This document shows, one piece after another, positions 12,488 to 25,820 of a stretch of DNA of 64,000 bases (its first letter is position 1; each line of letters starts with the position of its first letter). The notes beneath the pieces were generated by a model, which was not told where the DNA came from, did not search any database, and saw only the letters and a program-made list of their open reading frames with translations. The stretch spans positions 9,612,001 to 9,676,000 of the forward strand of contig NC_087263.1 in the NCBI RefSeq assembly GCF_037042905.1. Direction: 5' to 3'. Source of the stretch: Lytechinus pictus (taxonomy: Eukaryota). Position numbers and translations under genes: made by a program.

Positions 12488-15009
12488 TAGTATCGAAATA
12501 TGGTGTAGTCTTTGTTCCAGCCCCGGTTATTTCACAATTGCATATCATAAAGAACACTATTAACAAAGACCCCACTATCTAATTGATGTTAGATAACTTG
12601 AAAATATAAAGTAGTTTTTTTTCAAGACCCAGTTATTTTAAAATAACAAATCATAGAAAAGATATATAATAATAATAAAACAAAGGCCCCACAGTCTTAC
12701 TGATGTTGAATAACATGGAAATATAACGTAGTCTTTCCTCCAGACCCACTTATTTCAAAATTACAAATCATTTTTTAAAGAGTCAACAAGAAACAAAGAC
12801 CCCCACTATCTTATTAATATTAAATAACATGGGAATATAGCGTAGTCTTTCATCCAGACCCAGATCTTTCAAATAACAAATGAATAATAATAATAATAAA
12901 TTAATAATGATAATAAAAAACAACGACCCACGATCCTATTCATGTTGAATAATATGGAAATATAGCTTGGTCTTTTCTCAAGACCCAGTAATAAAAATCA
13001 TTAAAAAACACAACAACAACAACAAAACAAAGACCCTGCAATCTTATCAACATTGGATAGCATGGAAATATGGTGTAGTCTTTGCTCCAGACCCAGTTAT
13101 TTCAAAATAGGAAATTATAAGAAACAATAAAAACAAACAAACAGTATCCTTAAAGACCCCACAATATCATTGATGTAGAAAAACATTGTTGTTGTTATCT
13201 TGGATTTTAAGGCGCGTATCATATGAATATTTACGCCTATGATTAATTTGTCGTCTTTGTGGTATGCGTTATCACATGATTTTTATAGTTTGGCTTAATT
13301 TGTATTTTTAAGAGAACTAGTTGTGGGGTAAAGCCTAGATTTTTTTCAATGATTGTTTATCTTTTAAATAACCGGGTCTAGAAGAAAGACTAATCATAAT
13401 ACTCGGGTTATTCCACAGGAATAAGAATATGACAAAGTTTTATGTTTTTAAGATTGTTTAAATAATTTTTTTAATGACTGGGTCTGGAATAAAGAAAACG
13501 CTCTAAACATGTGCTTTTTTACATGGTCTTAATTTGGAGGATTGATGGTTCTTAGATTCGTTGTTGGGGGTTGGGTTTTTTATTGCTTTTTTATTCTTGA
13601 AATAACTGTGTCTGGAGGAAATTCTACAATCGATCTTCATGTTATTCCACGGTAATTAGATTATTGGGTATTCGTCTTAGAATATTTGTAAAAACTATTT
13701 TTTCAAATAACAACCAAGTCTTGAGAAAAGATGATTGCTTTACCCATGCATTATTACAATGTTTTGTAGGGGTCTTAGTATTATTTTTTTTTAAATGGGT
13801 GTGGGGTAAAGACATTTTTTTTCTGGGTGTAATTTTTGAAAATTGGTCTTAAATTTGAAGTATTTTCAAACTTCATTTTTTAAATAACTGGGTCTGGAGG
13901 AAAGAGTACGTTTTGAATCTCGTCTTATTCCACGAGAATAAGAATATGATAGGGTCTTACGTTAGAAGATTTTTTTGGGTAATATTTTCAATGATTAGGT
14001 CTGGAATAAAGACAACGTTCTTAACCTCTTTTTAAAACAGGTTCTTAGGTTGAAGGATTGCTTGGTCTTAGATTTGTAGTTTTTTATTATTACTATTTGC
14101 GATATTTTGAAAAAAAATAACTGGGTCTGGCTGAAAGACTACTCTATATGTCCATGTTATCCATCATTAACAAGATTATGGAGTCTTTATACTGTTTTTG
14201 TTGTTGAATTGTTATTTATAATTTTGGAATAACTGGGTTTAGAAAAAAGACTAAGCTCAATTTTCATTTTTATTCCACTGGAATATCATTATGGTATCTT
14301 AGTTTGGACTTATATTATGATTTTTGAAATAACCGGGTCTGGAGAAAAGACTTTGGACTTAAAGTATAATTTTTTCAACAACCGGGTCTGGAAAAAAGGC
14401 TTCGGACTTATATTATATTTTTTACTCAAACAGGTCTAGAAAAAAACTGACTTTTATTATTGTTTTTCAATTAACCGGGTCTGGAAAAAAGACTTTGCAC
14501 TTATGTGCTATATGAACGCATTACTATAGGGTTTTAGTTTTTAGTTTTAAGTAACCGGGTCTGGAGAAAAGACTACGCTTGGTTCTGAAATTACTCTTAG
14601 CGCATATATAAACAATACGCGCCGTATAATTTATAAAAACAACGAAGACATTTATTCCACCAGCTTTAATTAACTGGGTCTGGAGAAAAGACTAAGCTCA
14701 ATTCTCATTTTCATTCCACTGGAATAGCATTATCGTATGTTAGTTTGGACTTATATTATAATTTTTGAAACAACCGGGTCTGGAAAAAAGATTTTGGACT
14801 TATTTTATAATTTTTGAATTAACCGGGTCTGGAAAAAATACTTTACACTTTTGTGCTATATGAACGCATTACTATAGGGTTTTAGTTTTTAATTTTAAGT
14901 AACTGGGTCTGGAGAAAAGACTACACTTGATTCTCAATTTACTCTTTGCGCATATTTTCACGATACACGCTGTATAAGTTAAAACCACAACAAGACATTT
15001 ATTCCACAA

Positions 15010-16402
15010 GTTATATTAGAATTTTTGAAACAACCGGGTTTGGAAAAAAGACTTTGGACGAATATTAGAATTTTTGAAATAACCGGGTCTGGAAAAAAGA
15101 CTTTGGACTTATATTATAATTTTTGAAACAACCGGGTCTGGAAAAAAGACTTTGGACAAATAATACAATTTTTTTAATAACTGGGTCTGGAAAAAAGACT
15201 TTGGACTTATGTTATGATTTTTGAAACAACTGGGTCTGGAAAAAAGGCTTTGGACTTTTATTATAATTTTTTTAATAACTGGGTCTGGAAAAAAGACTTT
15301 GGACTTATGTTATAATGTTTTAAACAACTGGGCCTGGAAAAAAGACTTTGGACTTTTATTATAATTTTTGAAACAACCGGGTCTGGAAAAAAGACTTTGG
15401 ACTTACATTATAATTTTTTTATTAACCGGGTCTGGAAAAAAGATTTTGGACTTATTTTATAATTTTTGAATTAACCGGGTCTGGAAAAAAGACTTTACAC
15501 TTTTGTGCTATATGAACGCATTACTATAGGGTTTTAGTTTTTAATTTTAAGTAACTGGGTCTGGAGAAAAGACTACACTTGATTCTCAATTTACTCTTTG
15601 CGCATATTTTCACGATACACGCTGTATAAGTTAAAACCACAACAAGACATTTATTCCACAAGTTATATTATAATTTTTGAAACAACCGGGTCTGGAAAAA
15701 AGACTTTGGACGAATATTAGAATTTTTGAAATAACCGGGTCTGGAAAAAAGACTTTGGACTTTTATCATAATTTTTTAAACAACCGGGTCAGGAAAAAAG
15801 AATTTGGACTTTTATCATAATTTTTTAAACAACCGGGTCTTGAAAAAAGACTTTGGACTTATATTATAATTTTTGAAACAACTGGGTCTGGAAAAGAGAC
15901 TTTGGACTTATATTATAATTTTTGAAACAACCGGGTCTGGAAAAAAGACTTTGGACTTATATTATAATTTTTGAAACAACCGGGTCTGGAAAAAAACTTT
16001 GGACTTTTATCATAATTTTTTTAACAACCGGGTCAGGAAAAAAGACTTTGGACTTTTATCATTTATAATTTTTGAAACAACCGGGTCTTGAAAAAAGACT
16101 TTGGAGTTATATTATAATTTTTGAAAAAACCGGGTCTGGAAAAAAGACTTTGGACTTATATTATAATTTTTTAAACAACCAGGTCTGGAAAAAAGACTTT
16201 GAACTTATATTATAATTTTTCAAACAACCGGGTCTGGAAAAAAGACTTTGGACTTATATTATAATTTTTTAAACAACCGGGTCTGGAAAAAAGACTTTGG
16301 AATTATATAATAATTTTTTTAACAACTGGGTCTGGAAAAAAAGACTTTGGACTTATATTATAATTTTTGAAACAACCGGGTCTGGAAAAAAAGACTTTGG
16401 AC
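15010..16402 (-). repeat. 49-bp tandem repeat in reverse orientation (right arm of foldback), interrupted by a duplicated ~0.25-kb block
   Basis: Unit atattataatttttgaaacaaccgggtctggaaaaaagactttggactt is the reverse complement of the left-arm unit. The block at ~14790-15010 recurs at ~15450-15670. Confidence 0.95.
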
Positions 16403-17488
16403 TTTTGTGCTATATCATGGACCTATTACAACAGGTCCATCGCTATATGAACGCATTACTACAGGATTTTAGTTTAGAACGGATTCGCCAAAAATCCCTT
16501 CAAATTTATTACATTTGTGGGTAAAGTCATTATTACATTTGTGGGCGATCAAAAATTATTACATTTGTGGGTAAAGTGCATTATTACATTTGTGGGTGAA
16601 ATTATTACATTTGTGGGTAAAGTGTTATTACATTTGTGGGCGTCATTACATTTGTGGGTAAAGTGTTATTACATTTGTGGGCGTTATTACATTTGTGGGC
16701 GTTATTACATTTGTGGGTGCAACAGGGGGAGAGTGAGAAAGAGGAGATATGCACACGAGAAGAGGAGGAAAGAAATGAAGGGAAGAAAGAAAGGAGGGAG
16801 AGGAGAGTATACGCATTTCCTATATAGGTTACTTCGAACGAAGTACAGCTCCGTAGCTCGAGACCTAAAATACTAAAAAATATTGTAGATTCTTTCCCAC
16901 GATGCGTACTAGAATTATAAATAATTTTCTCCCTAATGTTTTAAAATTGAAATTATCCAAAAATGTAACATTTTTAAACGCACTAAATATGGGTAGTAAT
17001 GCTCTTCATGTCATTCTTCCCCTTGGGAAGTCTTTCAGCATGTTTCTTTGCAAATTAGGCCTACTTGCCACTGATTGCCGATCCGAGCAGCGGCTGCAGT
17101 TTAATCACGTGATCATTGCGACATAGCCAATCAGAGCTCGTCCCTCGTGGTCTGCTGATGAAGCTAAGACGCTTGGCGTTGATTAACGATGTGAGGGTTG
17201 TGGCTATACGCACTCGCATGACATAAAATCTTATTTGTAAGGATAAGGTTAAAAGTACTTCAAACTACCCTCCCTCATAAACCAACAAAATCAGCTTGTA
17301 GTGGGAAATGTGGGTGAAAATATTTTTTCGCCCCTGGTATATACCCAGTACTAGTACATAACATGAGAAATATAACTTCTTTTTCTTCTTCTCCACCTCC
17401 TCCCTCCTCCCCCTCTTCCTCCTCCTCTTCTTCTTCTTCTTCCCCTCCTCCTTCTCCACGTCCTCCTTCTTTTTCTTCTCCCGCCCCC

Positions 17489-19017
17489 CAGTGGCGTAAG
17501 AGGCGGGGGGGGGGAGCTCACCGGGAAAATACAAAAAAAACGGGAAAAAGAAAAAAAAAGGGGGGAAAGGGAAAGGGAAAGGAAAGAAAAAAAGGGAAAG
17601 GGGAAAGGAAAAGGGAAAAGAAAACTAAGAAAAAACATTTAAAAAAAGGAAAACGGAAAGATAACGGGAAAAGGAAGGAAAAAACAACAAGTGAGAAAGA
17701 ACAGTTCGCCCCGATATACAAATACATTAGCATGATTAGTAAGACAGGGAAATCAATTAAAGATGACAAAAAGGCAAACAAAAGCGGGAAATAAAGGCAA
17801 AATGGAATTAGCCAAAATCTAAATTGGAAAATAAAGAACAGGGACAAGATAACGTACACTACCGGGCTGCCGAGGGTTGAGATAACGAGCGGGAAGAAAA
17901 ATGGATGGTATATAGCATAATGTCGTATGAAAGTCTATCATAAACTTGCTAAATCTCCAAATAAGAGTCAAGACCCCGTGCAGTGGGGGCTCTTCATCTG
18001 TAACCTTTAATGGGTTCTATAACGGGCCCCTATATGGACCCTTCCTGCATTAAGCTTTACGTTGAAGCACTGGCGTACCGGGGGTGGTTCCACAGCCAAG
18101 GGGAAGAAAATAAAGGAGGCAGCGAAATGAGATGAATGAAAAAAATATATGACATGATATTTGCTAAAATGATGTAAAAATCTATCACATAATTAGAATT
18201 TCATTTTAACAGGCCTTTTTTTTCTGGCTCGCTTCGCTCGCTGGTGACTTTTTACAAATTTTCCCACATTTGCTATGGTGTGCCCCTCACAATATTTGGA
18301 TGATTACGATACACAACTGCATTGAATTTATGTGTTGTGTTAAATCTATATAAATATACACGCAATTTGATTAAAATAAGTGGCCATCTGTAAAGTTTAA
18401 AATGGCTTTGATATCAAGAGGTTCCGGGGCTCTGCCCTGGACCCCACCCATAAAGCACTGTTATATGGATGAGTTTGGACCATGGCCCCCAAAAGTTCTA
18501 CAACAACAAAAAAAAAAAATGAGGAAAGAAAGGAAAGTGTATTATATTTTTCTGAATATCACGTTAAAATCTATCTTCATGTTAGATTCTCATGAAAATG
18601 TGATTTTTTATCTCGCTCGCTTCGCTCGCTCGGGACCTATATTAAGCTACTTCTTGCCAGAAGCGCCATACTCAGCCCCCTCGAGCATATAGAGCTTCGC
18701 CCTGATGCTCACAATCATAACAAAAATCCTGCTCACCGTGGCGTACAAAAAAACAGAGAAAAAAGGAAAGAGAGGAGGGTGAATAAGATATCATCTTTTT
18801 AACATTATGTCAAAATCTATCACAAAATTTGATTTTTGCAATAAAAATGTCAATTTTTTTTTGCTCGCTCGCTCGCTTATATATATATATATTTGCCCGA
18901 TACGCCATATCGCCCCCTCAAAATTTTTGCCTTAAGACGCCATTGCCTGTTCCATGATATGACCGGGAAAATTTTGGCTCTTGCCCCCCCTGGCCACCGA
19001 CCCCTGTTACGCCGCTG
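17489..19017. mobile_element. Non-autonomous hAT-like element
   Basis: TIR CAGTGGCGTAA / TTACGCCGCTG. Perfect 8-bp TSD CCGCCCCC (17481-17488 and 19018-19025), inserted within a CT-rich simple repeat. Confidence 0.85.
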
Positions 19018-20739
19018 CCGCCCCCACCGCCTCCGCCTCCTCCTTCTCCTTCTCCTTCTTCTTTTTCTTCTTCTTTTTCTTCTTCTTCTTCTCCTTCTTC
19101 TTAATTCTTCTTCTTTGCATTGACGTCAAATGGCGACAATGCATTGTCTTGTTGTTGTTGTTTGTTGTTCTTCAACCGGTCATATTTGTTTTGTTGCCAA
19201 ATGTTGACTTATCTCACTCTTTAAGTGTAAGTTTACCTGACGAAAAGTTTGTTGTAAAAATAGCAGGAAAAATAATAAAAAAAAACATTGGTGAAGGTTT
19301 GAGGAAAATCCATGAAAGTGATGCTCCGGGCTGAATATAAAGCAAAATGTTGAAAATTTCATCAAAATCTGTTAATGAAGAGCGAGGTATTAAATTTTAA
19401 AGTTTAGCCAGAAATTGTGAAAACAGATAGTGCACGACGTCATGAATATTTATTAAGTATGCTGATGATGTCACATCCCCACTTTCCTTTCTCTTATGTT
19501 ATCACATGAAATCATAATTGTTTGATTTTTCATACATTTGAGAATATGTCTGCCTTGTAAATTACAAGTTGTAATGAAATAAGTTGTAGCAATGAATATG
19601 GAATCCACTAGATCAGCTGTCATTCCATTTTATTTTTGTTTTTTAAGGAAAAAATTTGAATAAACCTAATTTCATTTAATAAATACAAAAGAACAAGTGG
19701 TGATAAGACGTCATAAGTTTGCTCATTGAATATTCATAAAGAAATGCCTAAAACTGTTTCCGTGAAAAAATGCAAATCTTTATAATGCCATAAATTTATT
19801 TTTCCTTGTCCGATTTTGATAAAATTTTCAGTGTTTTGTTTGTCTGTTTTTCTTTATCTGCTCAAATAATACTATATAGATATTATATTTTCACTTTTTT
19901 GTGACGTCATAAACGAGCCACTGCCCCATAAATTGTGCAATATGAAATGCATAAATTTCGTTTTTCAATGAATGGTGATGAATCATTATTTTTTTTCTTT
20001 TATTTTAGGAGCGCGCGTGAAATGATTAGTGTATTGATATACTGAAGGGACAATAAAAACCATTTCCAGTTTTCGGAGAAAATTACATTTTAGTGATTTT
20101 TACCATACGATATGTATGAAAGCTGCTCGCACATGACGTCACAAATCAAATAATTAAAATTCTAATGACTTGTATGGATTTGACAGGTCAATGGCCTTTT
20201 TGACTTCCTACATCCGCTACATTTTATTTTCATTTCTTTTATATTTTGACAATTTTTTATCGCTTATAGGCCTCCTGTGATTTAAATTCTTTTACTCCTT
20301 TGTTGTTGTATACTTGTACATATGTCTTTAAAGGATGTAGAATAAATGAACTAAAAAAAAAAAAAAATCCTCAAAACTTTCGCCAATATTTTTTTTATTA
20401 TCTTATTCTGATATTTTTGCAATAAACTTTTGTGCTGAACTTCCCTTTTCACATAATCGATTTGAAGACACCATAGTACGTTGCAGTTCACAAATCGTCG
20501 CAATCGCAATGATCGGTGAAATCCCCAAAGTTATTTATTTGGCACGAAATTCAAGGTTTTCTGAACAGATATTCACGGTGTAAGCTGCTGGAACACTTTT
20601 GGACTTTCGTGAAATATAATATTCTGGTAATTAATTATTATTTTTGTTTGTGTGCATTTGATTTTTTTAAAGAATGAGAGTCGGTGGTGTGTGCATGTGT
20701 GAGATTGGGTTTGTAGTTGTACGGAGACAACTCGCGATG

Positions 20740-22200
20740 CACGCCGTCTCCGGCGGCGGGGCTGGGACGGGAATAAGCCCGATGAACGCTGACTGGATAC
20801 GGGCGGTGCGTTGCGTTGGCTGTCTTGATTACCGGTAGACAAATCGTGGGAATTACTCGTCGACCTAGCCAGGCGGCTTCTAGAGAGTAAAAATCATGTA
20901 CTAACGAGTAACGTAAGGTCACTCTCATGAAGCCAGGCCTTTTATCCCATAGACCCACACAATGGAAGCCAAAACCTGAAACTTTCACCCCCGAGATTTC
21001 TACTTTCCTTCTAAAAGATCTAGGCCTAGGCCCTAGCTCTAAATCATGTATAAAACTTCATTTCCGACATTTCTACGCTCTCGTTGTTATTTTTAAAACA
21101 AGAATTCATCAAAAAAATGAAAAAATATTGTGAAAAGACGGAAGAGACTTGCCCGATTTTTACGCCGCCATCTTGTTTCTTATTTTACTTCCCCAACGTT
21201 ACGGACGCGAGCGTCGCGTAACGTTGGGGAAGTACAAAAATGATGATCGAAACATCGTCATCTTCGATCCTTTCGTTGGTCAACGTAAGTTGCCATCTTG
21301 GATGACGTCATCATCCTTACAGACGTATTTACCAGTCGCTATATATCACGATTTGTGCCGCTGCTTTGCGCTTGTAGATGTACGTGCGTTCGGAACTTGT
21401 CGCTCACATTGATTGGCCAGGATATCGAAAATATAATTGGAAAGCCTTGATAAATGCACAACTCGGGCAGCAACACACACGGCTGCCATTTTTTCCTCTC
21501 CGGCAGAAAATTTAAAAATAAGGAATAAATCATCGGTTCTTAGAACTTATCAAGTATCAAAAGAAAGATTAGAGTCTTACAAAAATAGTGGGCCTTCGTT
21601 CAAGATAATATAATGTCATTGAGAATTAAAAAAAATAAAAATCTGGACAAAATCGTCCTCCGAATTGCTGACCTGATTACACATGTAGGCTCGCACTAAC
21701 ACACTACCGTCGGTGAATGGGGATGATAGTAAAATGTCAGAAATTGTTGAATAAATCCCCAGAAACGACGGTTATTCCTGTCTATACGAACGTGTGCTTA
21801 CCGACTCCACGGAGCCAGGGATTGCTTCCCTTTATGTGCGTGTACCGCAAAAAAAACTAAAATGTTCGCCCCGATATTTCTACTTTCCTTCAAAAAGATC
21901 TAGCCCTTAATTATGTAAATGAGATACAACTTCATTTTCTAAATTTTTACAATATTGATTTCATTTTTAAAGAAGAATTCATTTAAAAAACAAGAAAATA
22001 TGAAACGATGGGAAAAACTTGTCGCGATGTTTACGTCCCCATCCAAAGAACTTGCAACATTTATACAATAATTGGTTTCATTTATAAACAAATATTCATT
22101 TAAAAAAAACGAAAAAATATGAGAAGACTGGAAAAAACTTGCCGATGTTTACGTGGCCATCTTGTTTTCTTTGTTAGTAGCTTAGTTAGCTACGAGACGA
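20740..22200 (+). promoter_or_regulatory. Candidate promoter/first-exon region for TFIP11
   Basis: Locally CpG-rich. YY1-like GCCATCTT/GCCATTTT motifs at ~21164, 21293, 21485 and 22156. TGACGTCA at 21303. Possible donor gtaagg at 20913. The first coding exon has a splice acceptor upstream of its ATG, so a non-coding exon is required somewhere upstream. Confidence 0.4.
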
Positions 22201-23118
22201 GTTGTAGGTTTCCATCCATTTCAGCTCTGGAGAATTTTCATTGCCAATTTGTTCTGCAAATTGAAAAAAAAATTGAATTAAGAATCTGAAAACCAGAAAA
22301 ATTACAATTTTTTTCTGTGTACAAACCTATGGAATTACACCGCTTCTATTCATAGCATGACGTCACGGTCTTAGGCCTAACTGCCTGTTTAAAGCGTTAT
22401 TTTCTTTTAAATCCCATAAACGTTCAATGTTTGGAACAAGTGGTGGCGTTATGTGAAACAACTCCAGCATCAATCCATTTGTGATAGGGACCTCAATCTC
22501 ATTAATGTGAGTAAGGAGTGTGGCTGTCGTGATTCCTGCCTTTTCCACGTAACCTTAGGTAGCCATTATCCTGTCTGATAAAACACATTTCACACAAATT
22601 TTCATGCTTTTTGTGCTTAACAGTACTTTGTGATTGCAAACAGGGAGACTCAAATGCGAAAATGAATAGAAATAAATACACAAAAAGACAGTACACAAAA
22701 CGTATACAAGAAAACAAAACTGATTGGGGGAAAAGGGGAAACAAAGACAAGAACAAACATAAAATAATCAAACTATGCAACAATCTTTTGTTTCTTTTTC
22801 ATTTTCACTTTTACACCTTGAAAAGTGTAGTGGCTGAGATCAGCTGCATAACCCGTCACACAATGATCACAAAGGCAGCCGAGGTCGTAAGCATCCATGA
22901 TTCAAACATCACATTTGCTCTGTTGAAATTACCATTCATTTCTACTAGGACTGAGTCAAAACGTTTAAAAGCTGTTCAAACGACGGAAAAATGCATATTA
23001 CGTTTCCTATTTTGACAATCGTTACTTGCATCTCCTTCCTGAAGCCTGCTTCTCCATGTTGGTTGGATTGTCATTGACTTGGTTTTTTTTACATTGCAAT
23101 TTTAAGGCGTATAGCAAG

Positions 23119-23307
23119 ATGTCTGAGAAGGACACCTTAAAGGCTTCTAAGAAGAAACCAGCGACCCATCTGCCTGCTTCTGAGATGGTTCTGACATCAA
23201 TCTCAGAATCGGAGGAGCGCAAGTAAGCGCAACAGCTTCTCGCTCCAGGCAATCAAGAAGTACATCGAGCAGACCTTTGATGTCCAGATGGACAGACAGC
23301 TCACGTA
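23119..23307 (+). pseudogene. Truncated histone H1 pseudogene (orphon) of sea-urchin early/embryonic type
   Basis: MSEKDTLKASKKKPATHLPASEMVLTSISESEER / NSFSLQAIKKYIEQTFDVQMDRQLT aligns by eye with recalled echinoid early H1 (KKPAAHPPAAEMVATAITELKDRNGSSLQAIKKYIATNFDVQMDRQL). A 10-bp insertion creates TAA at 23224 and a frameshift. The C-terminal half is missing. Confidence 0.85.
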
Positions 23308-24019
23308 TCATTGGCATTATGAGGAAAGATTTTTGTCTAATGAATGCCTGATGTTGTTTAGAGTCATTGCTGACTCAAAAGGGACATCTCATACTGCTTT
23401 TGGATCAGCTCCAAGCATTCATTGAAGAGGTTGCTAATGTTCCTTCCTCTCTATCTGGCCTAGCTGATGAAGTTGTCAGTATCTTCTGCTGTCTAGGATT
23501 TTAACCAGTCTCCTAGTTAACTTTAACTTTGACATCATTTCATTTTATTTATTTTGTTTTATTCCAAATTCTCATTAAAAACATACAACATACAAATCAA
23601 AGAATACACTATATACAAATAAAGATACAAAAAATAGAAATATGTTTAACAAGAGAATAAATGAGAATATGAGGGAGCCAGCATAGGCCAATGGCCTTTC
23701 TAAGGCTGGGCTCCCGAGACCATATTATAATCATAATAATCATAGAAGAGAGAGAATGTACTGTAAACATCTAAGTATATGGGTGGATAATAGGGCAATT
23801 ACAACTTATTTTCAGATTATTTATAGGCATCAATAAGTTTGTTTAGACAAAACGTGTTAATGGCCTCATGTGCTGGGTGTTACACCAGTTTACATTTATA
23901 TAGATTCAATTTAATATTCAAAACAGTTCAATTAGCCTTCACTGGCAATGAATATACATGTACATGTACACAAGCAAACAAAAATGAATATTCAACATGA
24001 ATACAAGCATAAAACTATT

Positions 24020-25130
24020 ATTTTATTTATTTATTTATTTCAAATCTTTATCCAGAGTAGCCTGTTCAGCTTTATACAAACAAATATGTAAAATTACACA
24101 ATATGTACAATTAAAATGTTCATTAAAAAATCGCTGGTCTTCCACAGGGCTCTGCATTATTACCTAAAAAACATATAATTCATAACATAAAGAAAACATA
24201 AGTAAAGAAGACATATGCACATCAAAATAAGATTCAGAATGAGAAAGTAAAAGGACATGGTAAGAGAGGGAGAAAGGGGGGGGGGGCAGAGGCAGACAGA
24301 GAGTGAGAGAGAGGCAGCGAAAGAGAGAGAGGGGAAAAAATGTGAGAGAAGGAGAGAAAGAGAGAAAGAGACCGAGAGTTCAGTAGCAAAGAAAATTATG
24401 TAATATCTGACCAATCAAGCATAATCTATTATATACATAATAGCATAGGATAAAAAACAAATTGAGGAAGTGATCATGCATTCATAATAAAACATAATCC
24501 ATGTAGCATGGGCTGTAAGTACGAGAAGTGATGTCATATTCCTATCTGTGATTGCATTATATTAATTTAGGAGTAATTTAAAGGAAGCTGGTCGATTTTC
24601 AAGCCGTGTAGCGTCCGGAAGGTTGTTCCACTTTGTGGCACCTGAATAAAGGAAAGAATTTTGATAGAAAGAGGTGGAACATTTTGGGAGTCTCAAAATC
24701 ATTTTATTTGATCGTCTAGAGTCCCTCATTAGTACGGTGTCTAGACGTACAAGTTCATGAATTATTTTAAACATTGTGCAGCAGGCAGATTTCGAAAAGA
24801 GTTTGTCCAATGTTGGCCAAGATAATTTATTAAATACTTCATTGGATGGGGTTTCTCAGGTTAAGTGTGAAATTAAGTATGCTGCCCTTTTATGTAGGCG
24901 ATTAAGGATATCGTAATTGACATCACTTCTCCCTGTCCATACATTACAACAATAGAGAATATGGGGCATTATATACCCCCAGTAAATCTGTGACAATTGT
25001 TCTGGGGAGAAGGTAGATCTCAGTCTCCTCAAAATACCCAACTTTTGCTTAACATCTTTTGCAACTTTGTATAACTTCTAAAGTCTAGATATGAGTCAAT
25101 AATGACCCCAAGACATTTATATTTATTTAC
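24020..25130 (-). mobile_element. 5'-truncated CR1/L2-group LINE (ORF2 C-terminus, 3' UTR and (TAAA)n tail)
   Basis: Minus strand encodes YLGVIID-like ...KLGILRRLRSTFSPEQLSQIYWGYIMPHILYCCNVW...RLHKRAAYLI*...SFLYSGATKWNNLP, typical of post-RT CR1/L2 ORF2. In-frame stop at 24856-24858. ttatttatttattt tail at ~24020-24040. Confidence 0.8.
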
Positions 25131-25349
25131 ACATGCCATGGATTTTCCATCTATAATTGACATTGAAACATGTTTAAATGCTGAAAAATATCTGAATGCA
25201 TTCTAAAGCAAATCATCTCAGAGTACAGTACAAGAAGGTCGCAACTTTCCCATGCATACAGTTTCCAAGTTCTCTTAAACAAAAAATGTTTGTTTTTGTC
25301 CTCATGGCAGACCAGCAAAGCCTGAGACGAACGTTGGGTGAGATCAACG

Positions 25350-25461
25350 ATGGATAGTGACGACGAGAAGGAAGCGTTTGAAGTCACCGATTATGACATC
25401 GCTAACGAGTTCAACCCTAATCGACCCCAAGGGAGGCAGACTAAGGCCCAGGCCATCTATG
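25350..25461 (+). CDS. TFIP11: TFIP11 coding exon 1
   Basis: Acceptor ctcatggcag| at 25310, ATG at 25350. MDSDDEKEAFEVTDYDIANEFNPNRPQGRQTKAQAIYG matches the TIP_N region (FEITDWDLQNEFNPNR...QTKEEATYG). Donor G|gtaaga, phase 1. Confidence 0.93.
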
Positions 25462-25820
25462 GTAAGAGCCCCTTTTCTTATTACGGTAGTTTGTTTTGTT
25501 TTATTTCCATATCCAACAATCAATATACAGAGCTGTGAACCAAGAGAGGAAATTAGTATTTGTTAGCGATGTATGACAGGAATGTGAAAGTGCGAACGGG
25601 CATGTACAAAAAGTAAGAATTCAGGGCTGAAAATAATGCAGACTCAAATGTGTTGTGATATTTTTCAATGAACTTTATTTTTCAATTTTTTTTTTCCATA
25701 GGTACATGTATGTGGGTACACAATAGTGATGAGAAGAATTAGGCAGAGAATTAACCCTATTAACATTGACTTCTGCAGACTCTTTTATGGAGTTTTTTTT
25801 ATATACTCTCTTTATTTGTA

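Larger units (their letters stand above)
10310..16724. mobile_element. Foldback-type element, ~6.4 kb, made almost entirely of long modular inverted arms
   Basis: Termini TGTTACACCCACAAATGTAATAA / TTATTACATTTGTGGGTGCAACA inserted in a G run. Outer domain of CCCACAAATGTAATAA-core repeats, then a ~110-bp unique segment mirrored at both ends, then 49-bp tandem repeats. Orientation switches at about 13.2-13.3 kb. Confidence 0.9.

Noticed and set aside
10632..16402. Regular 49-bp repeats resembling a CRISPR array
   Set aside because: No unique spacers, eukaryotic context and no cas genes. These are tandem repeats inside a foldback element.
10312..16876. ORFs MGKVIITFVG...LLHLWV at both ends of the foldback
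   Set aside because: Translations of the CCCACAAATGTAATAA subrepeats, mirrored because of the inverted repeat. No protein-family signal.
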